Part shown: positions 50,113 through 60,879 of the stretch, piece after piece
Layout of the letters: every line of letters begins with the position of its first letter
Numbering within the stretch: the stretch's first letter is position 1
DNA from: Pelomyxa schiedti
Lineage: Eukaryota > Protista > Evosea
Reading direction: 5' to 3'
Assembly (NCBI GenBank): GCA_020536535.1
Contig: JAHLWZ010000883.1
Location: forward strand, 1 to 60,879
DNA length: 60,879 bases
Program-made: the position numbers and the translations under genes
Notes under the pieces: generated by a model
Databases searched by the model: none
What the model saw: only the letters and a program-made list of their open reading frames with translations
Told to the model about the DNA's origin: nothing

Positions 50113-51365
50113 ATGATGGGTGTCGTTGGAATTGCGTCGAGTGGGGAGCTCTTGGGTCACAACGAAAATGTCTCTCTTCAACAAAGTCTGATGAAACTTG
50201 GGTGCAGATCTCAGGTTCGTTTGTCTCCATTTCTTTTGGGCGTACTCTTTCAACACAACAACAACAAAAAAAAAGGTTGTGGATTGGCAAAATCCCGAAG
50301 TGAATTGGGCTTCGTTTGATTGTGTGATAGTGAGAACAACGTGGAACTATTCTTGGCACCTGGAGGAATTTCTTGCATGGGCCAAACGTGTGTCACAAGT
50401 AATTTCAGTCATTTATTTGCCTTTGTCGTTAGTTTAAAGGTCTTAATCTTCATTCTTTTTTTTTTTTTCTAGGTGACTAAACTGTTCAATACTTATGAGA
50501 CACTTTTGTGGAACTCTACAAAGACATACCTGAGAGAGCTTGAGGAAGAAGGAATCAGTGTTGTGCCTACTGTGTGGGCAGAAAAGGGTTCTAGGACCGT
50601 TCTATCGGAAGTGATGAGCACAAAAGGCACGCACTGACCTTGAAATGTGGTTTATAACAGATAAGACAGGGTGGAACAGAGTGATCGTGAAGCCCACTGT
50701 AAGTGCTGGTTCCAGAAATACACATCGCATTCCTTCTGACTGTTCCACAGAACAAGACTTCTCTAACTTGGTAAACCAACCCTCTTTTCAACGCACAAAG
50801 GTGAAGTTCTTTCGCAGGTTGCTGAGAGGGACATGATGGTACAACCATATATCGATGCCGTGGAAAGCAGAGGAGAGCTTTCTCTTCTATTCTTTGGTGG
50901 AAAGCACTCCCATACTTTTTGGAAGATACCCAAACCAGGTTTGGCAAACAAAGAATAATGACTAATAACCCAAACTCACCTCAACTCTCTCCCGCAGGCG
51001 ATTTCAGAGCACACCCGAAGTACGGAGGCACATTCACATATGAACCCAACACACCCCCTGAGGCCATGGCCATGGCTCATAGAATCCTCGCCGCGGCCAA
51101 CAGAATCCTCATCAAAAAGTACTCTCTGTCACCCTTGCTATCTCCCCAACTCACGTTCTACGCCCGCATCGACTTCCTTGTCATCCCCAACAACAACGCG
51201 GACATGTCATCACCATCATCTTCTTGTTCCTCCTCATCATCATCATCCTTTGCCCTCTCTGAGTTGGAGGTGTGCGAGCCCAATTTCTACTCGGAACAAT
51301 ATCCCCCGTGTGCAGATAACGTTGCCTCTGCTCTACTCTCCATTATGGGGCATTCTGGTCCCTAA
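50113..51365 (+). CDS. ATP-grasp ligase (RimK/DcsG-like bacterial type), multi-exon
   Basis: VVDWQNPEVNWASFD..VRTTWNY, WNSTKTYLREL, IVKPTVSAGS, MVQPYI..VE..GELSLLFFGG, GDFRAH..YGG, YARIDFL, ELEVCEP. Confidence 0.85.
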
Positions 51366-51642
51366 ATCCTCAAGACTCTTGAGGAGGCACAAACACATTG
51401 AATTGAAGACACCCTCTCTTGGGTTTTCCCACTCAAAAAAGGGAAGAGGCCGAGACGAGGCTTCATCCCTGTCACTTTTCTTCTCCCAATAAGACTTCTG
51501 TTGTAAGGACCCCTTTTGGCCCTGACTCCAAGGACGTTCGGTGGAGGAAAAGCCGGCGGGATCGGGGAAAAAATTCCATCTGGTTTCCGGTAAGAAGAGC
51601 GAAACGAAACAAACACCACACAAACAAACAAAAAAAAAAAGA

Positions 51643-54600
51643 ATGAGTGTTTGTAGTCTTTGTACATCGGCAGTCGTAATCGTAGTAGCGTGTCTGTTGG
51701 CGATTGTGGGAGTGGCCAGGGGAGCTGACCTGATTGTGTATGACGACGCACTGGAGAATGGATTTGACGACTGGAGCTGGGGGACATACTCCCTCACAAA
51801 CTCCAACCCCGTGCATGCTGGCTCCGATTCAATAAGGTTTGTTTTTTTTTTTTTTTTTTTTTACTTGCTTTATATCTTTTCCCGCCTTTGTCTTCTTCTA
51901 TGAATGCATTACTGACTTCTGTTCCTTGGGGAAAACCACAGTCAGCTTGTTAATAACTATGAAGGGTTGTTCTTCCAAGCTTCATCGTCTCGTTCTGTGT
52001 CTTTGTATAGTTCACTTGAATTCTGGATTAAGGCCGCTACTCCAGGTGGCCAGTCTCTATCTGGTATGTTACCACGTGTTACTGTTTCTTCTAATTCCGG
52101 GGCTCAGTTTCCGTTCGTGAAACCAATGGCGGATCTGTTGTAAAAACAGCCACTGTAAGCAGTATTCTTGAAGGATACTCCTCAATTCCAACAAATGCCT
52201 GGGCAAAAGGCGTACTAGATCTGAGTGCGACTCCCGGTAATTTTCATTTCCACCCGTTTCATCCTCAACAAGTAAACAGGAACATTTAGTAGTGTATGGT
52301 TCCAAGCTGATAACAGTGCAAATGAAGGATATGTCTATATTGATGATATTCTTTTTGTAGCTAGTAGTGGCAGTGAAGTGGTTAATGGTGTGTTGATCAA
52401 GTAATTTTTCTCCTTCTCAGTGCTACTAGGTGACTCATTTACTGTTGAGGTTGACTTAACGCGGAATCGCCGGGTCATAAACAAAGAGATTTATGGAGTA
52501 AATTTTGCCGACGCATCAATGATGGCATCTGGAGGGTTCCTCTGCTTACCATTTTACTGAAGCTTATTGTTGGCAGTTATACTGTTAACAGAAAAGGTGG
52601 CAATTCTGAGACAAGATACTCATGGGAATATGACGCCTCCAACAGGGCCAATGACTGGTTTTTCCTCAACATTGCTGAAGGTCTTCCTTATTTCAAGATG
52701 ATTTAATTTTTTGAAAGAAATTAAATATCACAGAAACTGCTGACGTTGAAGCACTTCCATCTGGATCAGCAAATGATTTGTTTGTAGAATTAACGCAATC
52801 TGCAAATGCGTATGGCACTGCTGGATTTACTTTTCTAATTTTGTTGTTCTAGGGAACCAATGCTAACTGTTCCAATGATTGGATGGGCCCCAAAGAGTAG
52901 AGATTTGACTTGGTCCTACAGTATTTACAAGTATGGCTCGCAAACCAATTCTGAGTGCCAGGAAACTGGATGGGCCTCCTGGTGCCGCTCAGACGCAGGA
53001 AATGGGATCAGTTCTTCAACTAATAAAGAAGTTGTGCCTATTTTCAGTAATGGGAGACTAAAGTTTACAAATAGATAACATCAAATGACAAAACGGATAC
53101 GAGCAAAGCTGTAACAAGTGCTTATGCAACGGGTCTCATTAATCACTTAACAACAGAATTTGGCTTGGCTGCAGAGGGAGGTGTAAAATACTACAGGTTG
53201 TTTACCCTCTTTATTACTTACTCAGATTTTCTTTAGTCTTGACAATGAAATGACCCTTTGGGACTCCACACACTTTGATGTGCACAATACCCCTGTTTCA
53301 TATGACGATATTTGGTCAATCACTGTCGACTACGCTACCGCAATAAAAACTGCCGACCCAAATGCTATCACCTTTGGTAAACAGCTCAAATTTTCAGTTG
53401 AAAAGTAACCTCTTGCAAAGGTCCGGTTGCGTGGGGTTGGTGTGCTTACTTCTGGTCTGGAGTGGACGATTGTGGGTCAACTCCAACAGACAGAGAGGCA
53501 CATGGCGATGTACCTTTGTTGGAATGGTACACACAACAAGTGTGCGATCACACGAGCTTGCGCCTTGTGGATTATCTTGGTCATTATTTCTTATTTCTGT
53601 GCTTTGCATTTATCCCACACCAGACATCCACTATTACCCACAAAATGACGAATATTCCGATGATGAAAGCACAGAAATCTATACAAGAAGGCTTGAGTCT
53701 GTCAAGAGCCTGTATATTTATCTTAACTTTATACAAAACATCTAATCTACTCAGCTATGATCCTACATACGTTGACCAATCTTGGGTTGCTTCTGTTGTA
53801 ATGCTCATACCAAGGATGAAAACCATAATTCAAGACCACTGTCCTACCATGAAATTATCTATCACTGAATACAACTTTGGAGGAATTTCCAATTCCAATC
53901 TTACCTCTGGTGCACTAGCACAAGCTGAGGTAGTCTTTCAGCACTCAATGCATAGTACTTACACTGCCACCAAATCAGGTACTGGGTATATTTGGAAGAG
54001 AGGGAGTCGATCTGGCTACCCGGTGGACTGCACCTGCTGTTGGCTCTCTCATCGAAGATTCCTTCCAGTTATACCTGAAGTACGACGGCGTTAATGCCAT
54101 ATCCGGAGAGAGTGTATATGCTGAATCCACATCGGTACAAATATTCTGACTTTATCAACCCGCCTAAGTTACAAACAAACAAATCCCAAAGGTCGACGAT
54201 GTTGGAGCCTACGCAATCCACAACCAGGACACTAACAAACTCTACGTTGTGCTTATCAATAAGCTCCTGACAGCCAAAACCGTGAACATTTCAGTGGCTT
54301 CTGGCCAAGTGTCCTCTGTATCTGGAGCCTATGGCTTCGATTCCACCCACAGTCTACAACAGCTCACAGGGATAACAACCACCTTACCAAACGGTGACAT
54401 CAACGTGAGACTATCCACCTCCTCCGCTACTCTCGTCATCCTGAACTGCATTGCTACCGCTAGCACCAGTGAGCACAGCACGAGTACAAGCACTCACACG
54501 AGCACTACAACAAGCACGAGTGAGGAACCAACAAGCACAAGCACAAGAACAAGCAACAGTGATAGCTATGGTGGGAGTAGCAGTAATGGGAATAGCCATG

Positions 54601-54692
54601 CTCATTTGAGTGAGAGCACTTCCTCTGCAACAAAAGGCACAGCGATAGGAACTCTCTTTGTTGTGTTGAATGTCTTTGTGTTGTTGGTATAA
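51643..54692 (+). CDS. GH44 endoglucanase/xyloglucanase-like protein with signal peptide, N-terminal putative carbohydrate-binding module, Ser/Thr stalk and hydrophobic C-terminus
   Basis: IYGVNF, RKGGNSETRYSW, MLTVPMIGW, YSLDNEMTLWDSTHFDVH, DIHYYPQ, LSITEYNFGG, GALAQAE/VLGIFGREGV. Confidence 0.85.
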
Positions 54693-54782
54693 AAAAAAGG
54701 GTTGTGTCCTCTGAATTCTCTTTTTTTTTCAAATCCTTCTTGTACATTGTTCTACCGTGGGATGTCACCCTAGGATGACAGT

Positions 54783-55628
54783 CTAAAAAGAATTCATGAT
54801 TTGCTGTTTGACAGAGGTAAAGTCAGGTGTGGCCGCTACTCTTGCTTTGAGAGCCTCGTACTCATCACGTGAGAAGACGCCTAGCTTGTAAAGCTCCTTG
54901 AGGCGTTGAAGCTTGGCAATTGGGTCGGCAGTGCTGAGGGACGAAACAACCGATGTCGCCGTCATGGCTGATGTCATGGTTACCGCCGCTGGTCCCTCAT
55001 CCCTTTTAGGCCCGCCGTGACGGCTAATTGGAGTCAGTAAAAGCCAATAGTTCGTGTAGATGTAAATTTAGCAGAATTTTTCAATAGTAGCGTAAGGGAA
55101 AAGAAACGAAACTTGTCCCTAATGTCTTTGCGTGCTGCCAAAACGTCCTTCCGGAACTGTTCCGGATCTTTGAGGTGAACAATTGTTGCCTCAGGCATTG
55201 GGCTTCCAGCAGTTTGCACAGCTACACTCTTCAGCCCATAGCAATCCAAGCAGCACCCAGTAGTGAGAGTAACATCAGTAACATTCTCCAAAGGAATAGT
55301 AACCGTCTTCTTTGCCAATTTGCAGCAGCAATCCGTATACATCTATTGCGATGAAATTAAACAAAACAAACAACAACAAACAACAAAAAAAAAAACCAAA
55401 TTAAAAAAAATATGAAACCTCTCTGTGCTCGATTGTGTCAGCATTGACCCTCGTTCTTATACCCTTCACGAGCTCTTTGTAGGTGAATATCTGAGGTACT
55501 ATTCCCCAGGTAACGCAACAAGTGCACACGGCCGCGCAGCACATGTAGCTCTCGAACTTCTCCGCAAGTTCGTAGTTCTTCCACGGCCCATTGTCCGTGT
55601 CGTCGTCAAACACTTTCATTTCCGTCAT
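54783..55628 (-). CDS. Bacterial-PH (bPH_2-like) plus SHOCT domain membrane protein
   Basis: TIPLENVTDV..YGLKSVAVQTAG..IVHLKDPEQFR; SHOCT-like KLQRLKELYKLGVFSRDEYEALKAR. Confidence 0.7.
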
Positions 55629-55953
55629 CGTTGTGGTTTAGAGCGTTGCGGGGTGTTTGTTTTTGTTTTTATTTTTTTTTTTTGATGAGAAGTTTTTCAA
55701 CGGCTTTTTTTCTTTTTCTGTGTGACAAATGAGAAGATAAATGTGAAGTCGCTTGGACTTTGGTAACCGAAAGACATCACTGGACACCGAGTAACATCAA
55801 AGAACTTAGCAGCCTTACACTTACAGGGTCCATCAGCACTCAAGTACATCTGTCAAGATAGAGGGCACGAGAACTTATGGCATTAGTTCAGAAGCCATAC
55901 CTCCGCTCAACTATCTCAGGTGAGTCAGGGCTATCTCACAAAAAAAAAAGACG

Positions 55954-57180
55954 ATGATTCGTGAAGCCGTTGTGGTGCGTACGGATTTCGACACAAGCAC
56001 CAGCGGCCCTGTCTTCAGGCCCCTCGTCCTCCCTTCATCCCCTTCTCCCTCTTCTTCGTCCCATAATCACCAGCACCGCGGCGGCACCCCCACGAAACCG
56101 ACTGGCACCCCACAAAGCGGCGGCACCACTACGGCGGTTATGGGAACTCCCTTGAGGCCTGTGTCATCGTCGTCTCCCTACGTCCCTTGCAGCGGGATCG
56201 ACGTGGCACCGGGCAACAATTTTCAGTTTGGGTTTGGGTGCAACGCAAGCCCGATTGGGGTTCGCGCCGATGCATCTTCTCCCATAAGCTCGCCGGCGAG
56301 GCCCCCCCACGTCACAAAGCGGCTGCGTTGCAGTCTACACCCTGCGTTGGTGCAACATGCCGCGAGGCTGCACGATTCTCGCGACTCTGTGTTTTACGTT
56401 GAGACTGACAAACTTTGGGTGAGGCAACAGCAACAAAAACTGGAGTTTTTTCAGTTTTGTCACTTTCATGCCCATAATTTTATCACTATAAAAATACAAT
56501 AAAGAAGGGATACAGACTCACAAACACGAAAGACAGAAATTGGAAAGATAATTGAGGAAGGCGGCTGTGTTCTTTTTGCCCCCAGTACTTCAATGAACTC
56601 TGGACAAGCCCAAAGACTTGCACACAGAATGAATGTAATTATTCCATCCCCTCCTCCTTTTGTTTTCAGTATCTCACTGAATGAATTCTTCTAGAAAGCT
56701 CAAGGCATCGACACCACACTTTGCATACAACCGCACACAGCTTCTGATGATATCCCCCAAAGAACACCGACACAAGAGACTCAAAATGCGAAGGAACCTC
56801 CCAATACTAGACAAGGGGAGACTGAGGGGAGTTCCGACCCAGAGTGAGTTTTCATTGCATCTGCAGACATGGGACTCACGAAATATAGGTTCGCCATAAA
56901 ACAAAGCAAAGAATACCAAGAGCTTCTGCGCATATTTGAGGAAGTAGCTTCCCGGCTTAAACTACTAAGCAACTAATTCTATCTAGTTACGCGAACAGTA
57001 TAGACAGCACACACACGAAATGGTAGAGAAAGCAAATAAAGTGAAACAAGTAAAGGACTCCTAGCATTTAGTGCGAGACTCACTTACTCACAGGCCATAT
57101 TTGCAGATCAAGGCGTTGTGCAACAATCCACTGAGGAACTTTCCTTGTCAGTAGAGGAGGACTCTAATTTGTCACACTGA
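55954..57180 (+). CDS. Hypothetical protein, multi-exon
   Basis: ATG-initiated low-complexity first exon rich in SP/TP sites, followed by short exons. No family recognised; 3' end uncertain. Confidence 0.45.
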
Positions 57181-57361
57181 AAGAAAGTAATCCTTTTTCA
57201 GTCTTGGCTTTTCTCTTTTTTTTGTTTTGAACTGAGGCATGTGACACTAATTCCCTGCACCACTGCTTCTTAAGATGTAATTTAACAATCTACTGGCACA
57301 AATTGCAAAAAAATCCCGTTCGTCCCCGTTCTTTTTGTGTTGTTGATTGTCGTCGGGGGCG

Positions 57362-59683
57362 ATGAGCAGTACCACGGTCCACGCCGACAAGTTTTTACAC
57401 CAACAACACCAAGAGCGTTTGGGTGTTGGCGAAACGCCGGAGTCTTGCTACCTGTTTGTCGGCCAGTTTGGCAGAATACTGCTGGAGCAGCAGTCGAAGA
57501 GGCCCCGCGTCGTCTTCCACCCCCCGCCACTCCCCACTGTGCTTTCGCCGGTCCCGTCGTCGCCCCCTTCCTCCGCGCTTCCCGTCTCCTCGCCGCCTCC
57601 CCTGTCTTGCTCCTCCTCTGGCACCCTCCCCTTCACGCCTTTTTCGTCTATTCCCCCGACGCGGCCTGCTTTGACGGCGCTCCCTGCGTGTGTTGGACTG
57701 GGATTCATGGATTGCACTGAGCATGTGGCCAGGAAAATGCCCCCCTCAGAGCTCCTGGCACTAGAATTGGACTACGTACTTGACCACGGGCCAGGTGGGA
57801 GGCTGTATGGCGTATCAAACAAGCAGTGCCCTACGGGTGCACTCACTAGTCCGGGCACTGTTGCTATTACGACCAGTACAACGGATGGCAGTATTAGTGT
57901 GGGTGATGGTGACAATTCTACTGCTTGTAATCTGGAAGGGGTTGGTACTGCTATCGGTGGCTATTTACCTGGAGGCAATTCTCTTTGTTTTCCCTCGTAT
58001 CCAAATGGAGGCTACAGTGCTACTACCCCTTCTTTCACGGTACTGGCTGATTCCACCGGTACAGGAGCTCCAATTGACGACAAAGCCCCCCCAAGCACTG
58101 TGCGGAATGTCTCAGGAACAATAGTGTCAACCACATTACCGCAACTTCAGTCCCATGTAAATGGCAAAAACGATTACACCTCAAGTGACAATCACACCAC
58201 CGACCAGTATCCTGACATCCATTCGAAGAATCATTTGAGAACTGATAATTCCAACAGTGAGACTAACCGCGGAGTTTCTCGCACCTCTAGAGATAGAAGG
58301 AACCCTCTCCGAAACAGTGGGAATGATATTTCCTCATTCCACAGAGTTGCACATCTCAGAGACTCTAAAGCACATAGACACGATCGGGATCACAGTGGTA
58401 CGGTTTCACACCCAAAAATAAAAGGATTAATTAAAGAAACCCAGAAAGACGTCAGTCACAAAGACATGCCACATCGTATTCCCCTCTTCACAGCTCGGTT
58501 ATTTCACCAGAGTTGTCATCCCCTCGCATTAGAAATGATTACAGCCAACACTTTGTGGACACTGGGCAACGCCCCCAAAACTTTATCCGTGACATCGGAC
58601 TCAAGGACAGATTCTCTGAATACCCCAAACTGGAAAAACTTGTGAAGCTGAAGGACAGAGCTGTAGAGGCTTCTGCCCCACCCGCCATGTGGCTGTCTGC
58701 AGATTTACTCACTTTCGACTTGGAATCCTTGGGAAGCAAATTTGATGTGATATACATTGATCCTCCTTGGGAGGAATATGCAAGGAGGACTGTGGCTGTT
58801 GGTGACCTGGACAAAAAGCTTTTTTGGACATTTGAAGAATTGGTGTGTGACTTGGATTTTATTTGGCGGATGCATCTTCAGCTAATGGCTAAATTTGACA
58901 GCAAACGTTGAAGATAAAGAATATCGCTGAGAAGGAATGCTTTTTGTTCATGTGGTGTGGATCCACTGTGGGCCTGGAGCACGGTAGAGCACTAATGCAA
59001 CATTGGGGGTTTAGGAGATGTGAAGACATTTGTTGGGTGAAAACGAACACAACTACAGTGGTGATCTATGCTCCCTGTTCCGTGCGTCTTCTCACCACTT
59101 AAAGAACAGGGCATGCAAAGAACCTGGTATGGTTTTCCAGTGCACAAAAGAACACTGCCTCATGGGGATAAAGGTTGTCCCTTTATGGTTATCGTATTTA
59201 CTAAATGCGAGTTCTAATAGGGTACTGTGAGAAGGAACCGAGATGGTGTTTACGCTATTCCTTTCTTTTCTCCTCTTTTCTCACCACAAAAAGGACACAT
59301 TATACACTCTAATATTGACACTGATGTAATTGTGTCTGAAGAGCCGCCGCCTGGAAGCCTGCAGAAACCAGAAGAGCTTTATACTATCATTGAACACTTT
59401 TGTAATGGCAGGAGAAGATTGGAACTATTTGGTGATGTTCATGTGCGTTTTCATCCCACGTATTATTCACTCATTCACATTTAGAACATCCGTCGCGGTT
59501 GGGTAACCATTGGGAATAAGCTCCTCACTACATTCTGGGATCCCAAAAAGTACCAGTCATTCTTTGTTGATGGCATTTATGTGCCCACTTCCTCAGGTAG
59601 CGTTTTCCCACCACCCAAATAACCCTAACACACAAATAGAAGTTGAAGAGTTGAGACCCAAGTCACCAACCCGCAATTTTTAA
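57362..59683 (+). CDS. METTL14: m6A methyltransferase subunit METTL14/MTB (MT-A70 family)
   Basis: [101 protein letters not shown]. Confidence 0.92.
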
Positions 59684-59723
59684 AGGAAAATCAAACAAGG
59701 GAATCCTAGACTTCAGTTCACTT

Positions 59724-60583
59724 TCACGACTTCTGGAGGGGTTTGTTAGAGCAGAATTTTAACTTTTGGAGCCAAGCAAACCTGCAAGAATTTCGCAGCA
59801 ACTGGGTGGGAATCCTCCCAAGAACAGCTGAACTCCTTGTTCTTGGCTGCTATCTCGGGAGTAGTATCGCAGTCCACAAGGGCATCAATGCCCACTGGGG
59901 GGTCTGTGAAAAACACCCTCGTCCACCAATGCATAGCAACGTTCTCCATTGTGTATTTCTTTACTTCGATGTGCACTACCCTCCTAGTGGCATCCCAGTC
60001 CTCCAGTCCCCAGCATGATTCCTACAGAATTAGGATAAGAGATAGTAGTATCTACACCACACTGTACATAGGTGCGGTACCATAAACAATCAATATTAAT
60101 GGCAGTTAATTGAGCAACAGATACTAGTAGGATAGAAACCACGTACCAAGTCCTCGGGGTTTTCGTTGACCGGGTGTGTCAAGTCCCCATCAACATAGCA
60201 CCCCGAAGCCGACACGGGCACCGACGACGAAGACGGGGGCGCGGGCCTTGCTGCCGGCCTTACGGTCAGGTGCGCCGGGGTGTTGCGGTTGTAAGGGGTG
60301 AGCCTGACCACCAGGTCGCGGGCGCGGGTGCCCGACGGCACGAACACGCAGACGTGGAGTTCCTTCTTGGTCTGCCCCCAGATGTGCGTGGCACACTGCC
60401 CCCCGTTGCGTGTGTACTTGGCCCTGTGTGGTTGTTGTTGTTGTGGTTGTTGAGCACCTAGGGTCTGTGCGCGTTGGCGTGTGGTTGGGGTCCGTCGTGG
60501 GTGTGCGTCATGCAGGGCACAGTGGTGGCTTTGTTGTGGACAGAGGGACAAGCGCACAGTAGTCGTGTTTTCGGGAAATCCAT
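59724..60583 (-). CDS. CS (NudC/p23-like) domain protein
   Basis: NGG..HIWGQTKKELHVCVFVPSGTRARDLVV..VDGDLTHPV..IEVKK..WW. Start and end are inferred through splicing. Confidence 0.7.
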
Positions 60584-60601
60584 CACTTTTGTGAAGATAA
60601 A

Positions 60602-60761
60602 ATTTGGCTGAATAAAATAATCAACAGACCGGAACGCAGTCATTTTCGTTATCGTCGCTCAGGATCGGCGGTCTGGTGTTTTTTTTATTCCGCCATTTGG
60701 CTGAATAAAATAATCAACAGACCGGAACGCTGTACTTTTCGTTATCGTCGCTCAGGATCGG
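60602..60761. repeat. Direct repeat (2 x 67 bp, period 93) whose spacer is an inverted copy of the unit's start
   Basis: 60602-60668 and 60695-60761 are nearly identical. 60669-60695 reverse-complements 60605-60631 at 23 of 27 positions. Confidence 0.9.
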
Positions 60762-60879
60762 GCCCCCCTCACTAATTATTTTTCTTTATCGTCGGATTCC
60801 AACGCGCCTACATATAAGGAAACTAGATCTCTCCACAGGGCCTCCAAACAGGGAAATAGGCGTAAGAGATCGAATTTAG

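Noticed and set aside
58498-58645. Apparent frameshift or overlap between METTL14 ORFs
   Set aside because: Explained by a 35-nt GT-AG intron at 58498-58532.
60602-60761. CRISPR-like repeat-spacer arrangement
   Set aside because: Only two 67-bp copies, the spacer derives from the unit itself, the context is eukaryotic and there are no cas genes.
1-60879. Alternative genetic code or stop-codon readthrough suggested by the fragmented ORFs
   Set aside because: In the junctions checked, the in-frame stops fall inside GT-AG introns, and TAA, TAG and TGA all occur as true gene ends.

Overview
Gene-dense eukaryotic (protist) DNA with about 24 protein-coding genes. Most are split by many short GT-AG introns (mostly ~35-90 nt), so the ORF track shows only exon fragments; the gene models below were spliced by eye and their ends are approximate. 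An enkurin gene implies a flagellated cell. An amoebozoan such as a Pelomyxa/Mastigamoeba-like archamoeba is a guess that cannot be verified from this window. Recognisable genes, in order: C2-DENN-WD40, F-box/LRR, NBR1/p62-like, trehalase-like, AadA-like nucleotidyltransferase, Elongin A-like, GH25 lysozyme, GT92, GT32, VPS50, MMPL/RND, ABCA, ARM-pseudokinase, enkurin, MBL hydrolase, RING-H2, PHO80-type cyclin, PH-RhoGAP, ATP-grasp ligase, GH44, bPH-SHOCT, a hypothetical protein, METTL14 and a CS/NudC protein. Most notable: (1) a degenerate trehalase that appears spliced in frame to a bacterial-type nucleotidyltransferase; (2) CpG-rich gene starts with CpG-depleted gene bodies; (3) a cyclin that needs a +1 frameshift; (4) fold-back elements at both ends of the window; (5) several intron-containing bacterial-type genes. 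No rRNA, tRNA or CRISPR array was recognised.
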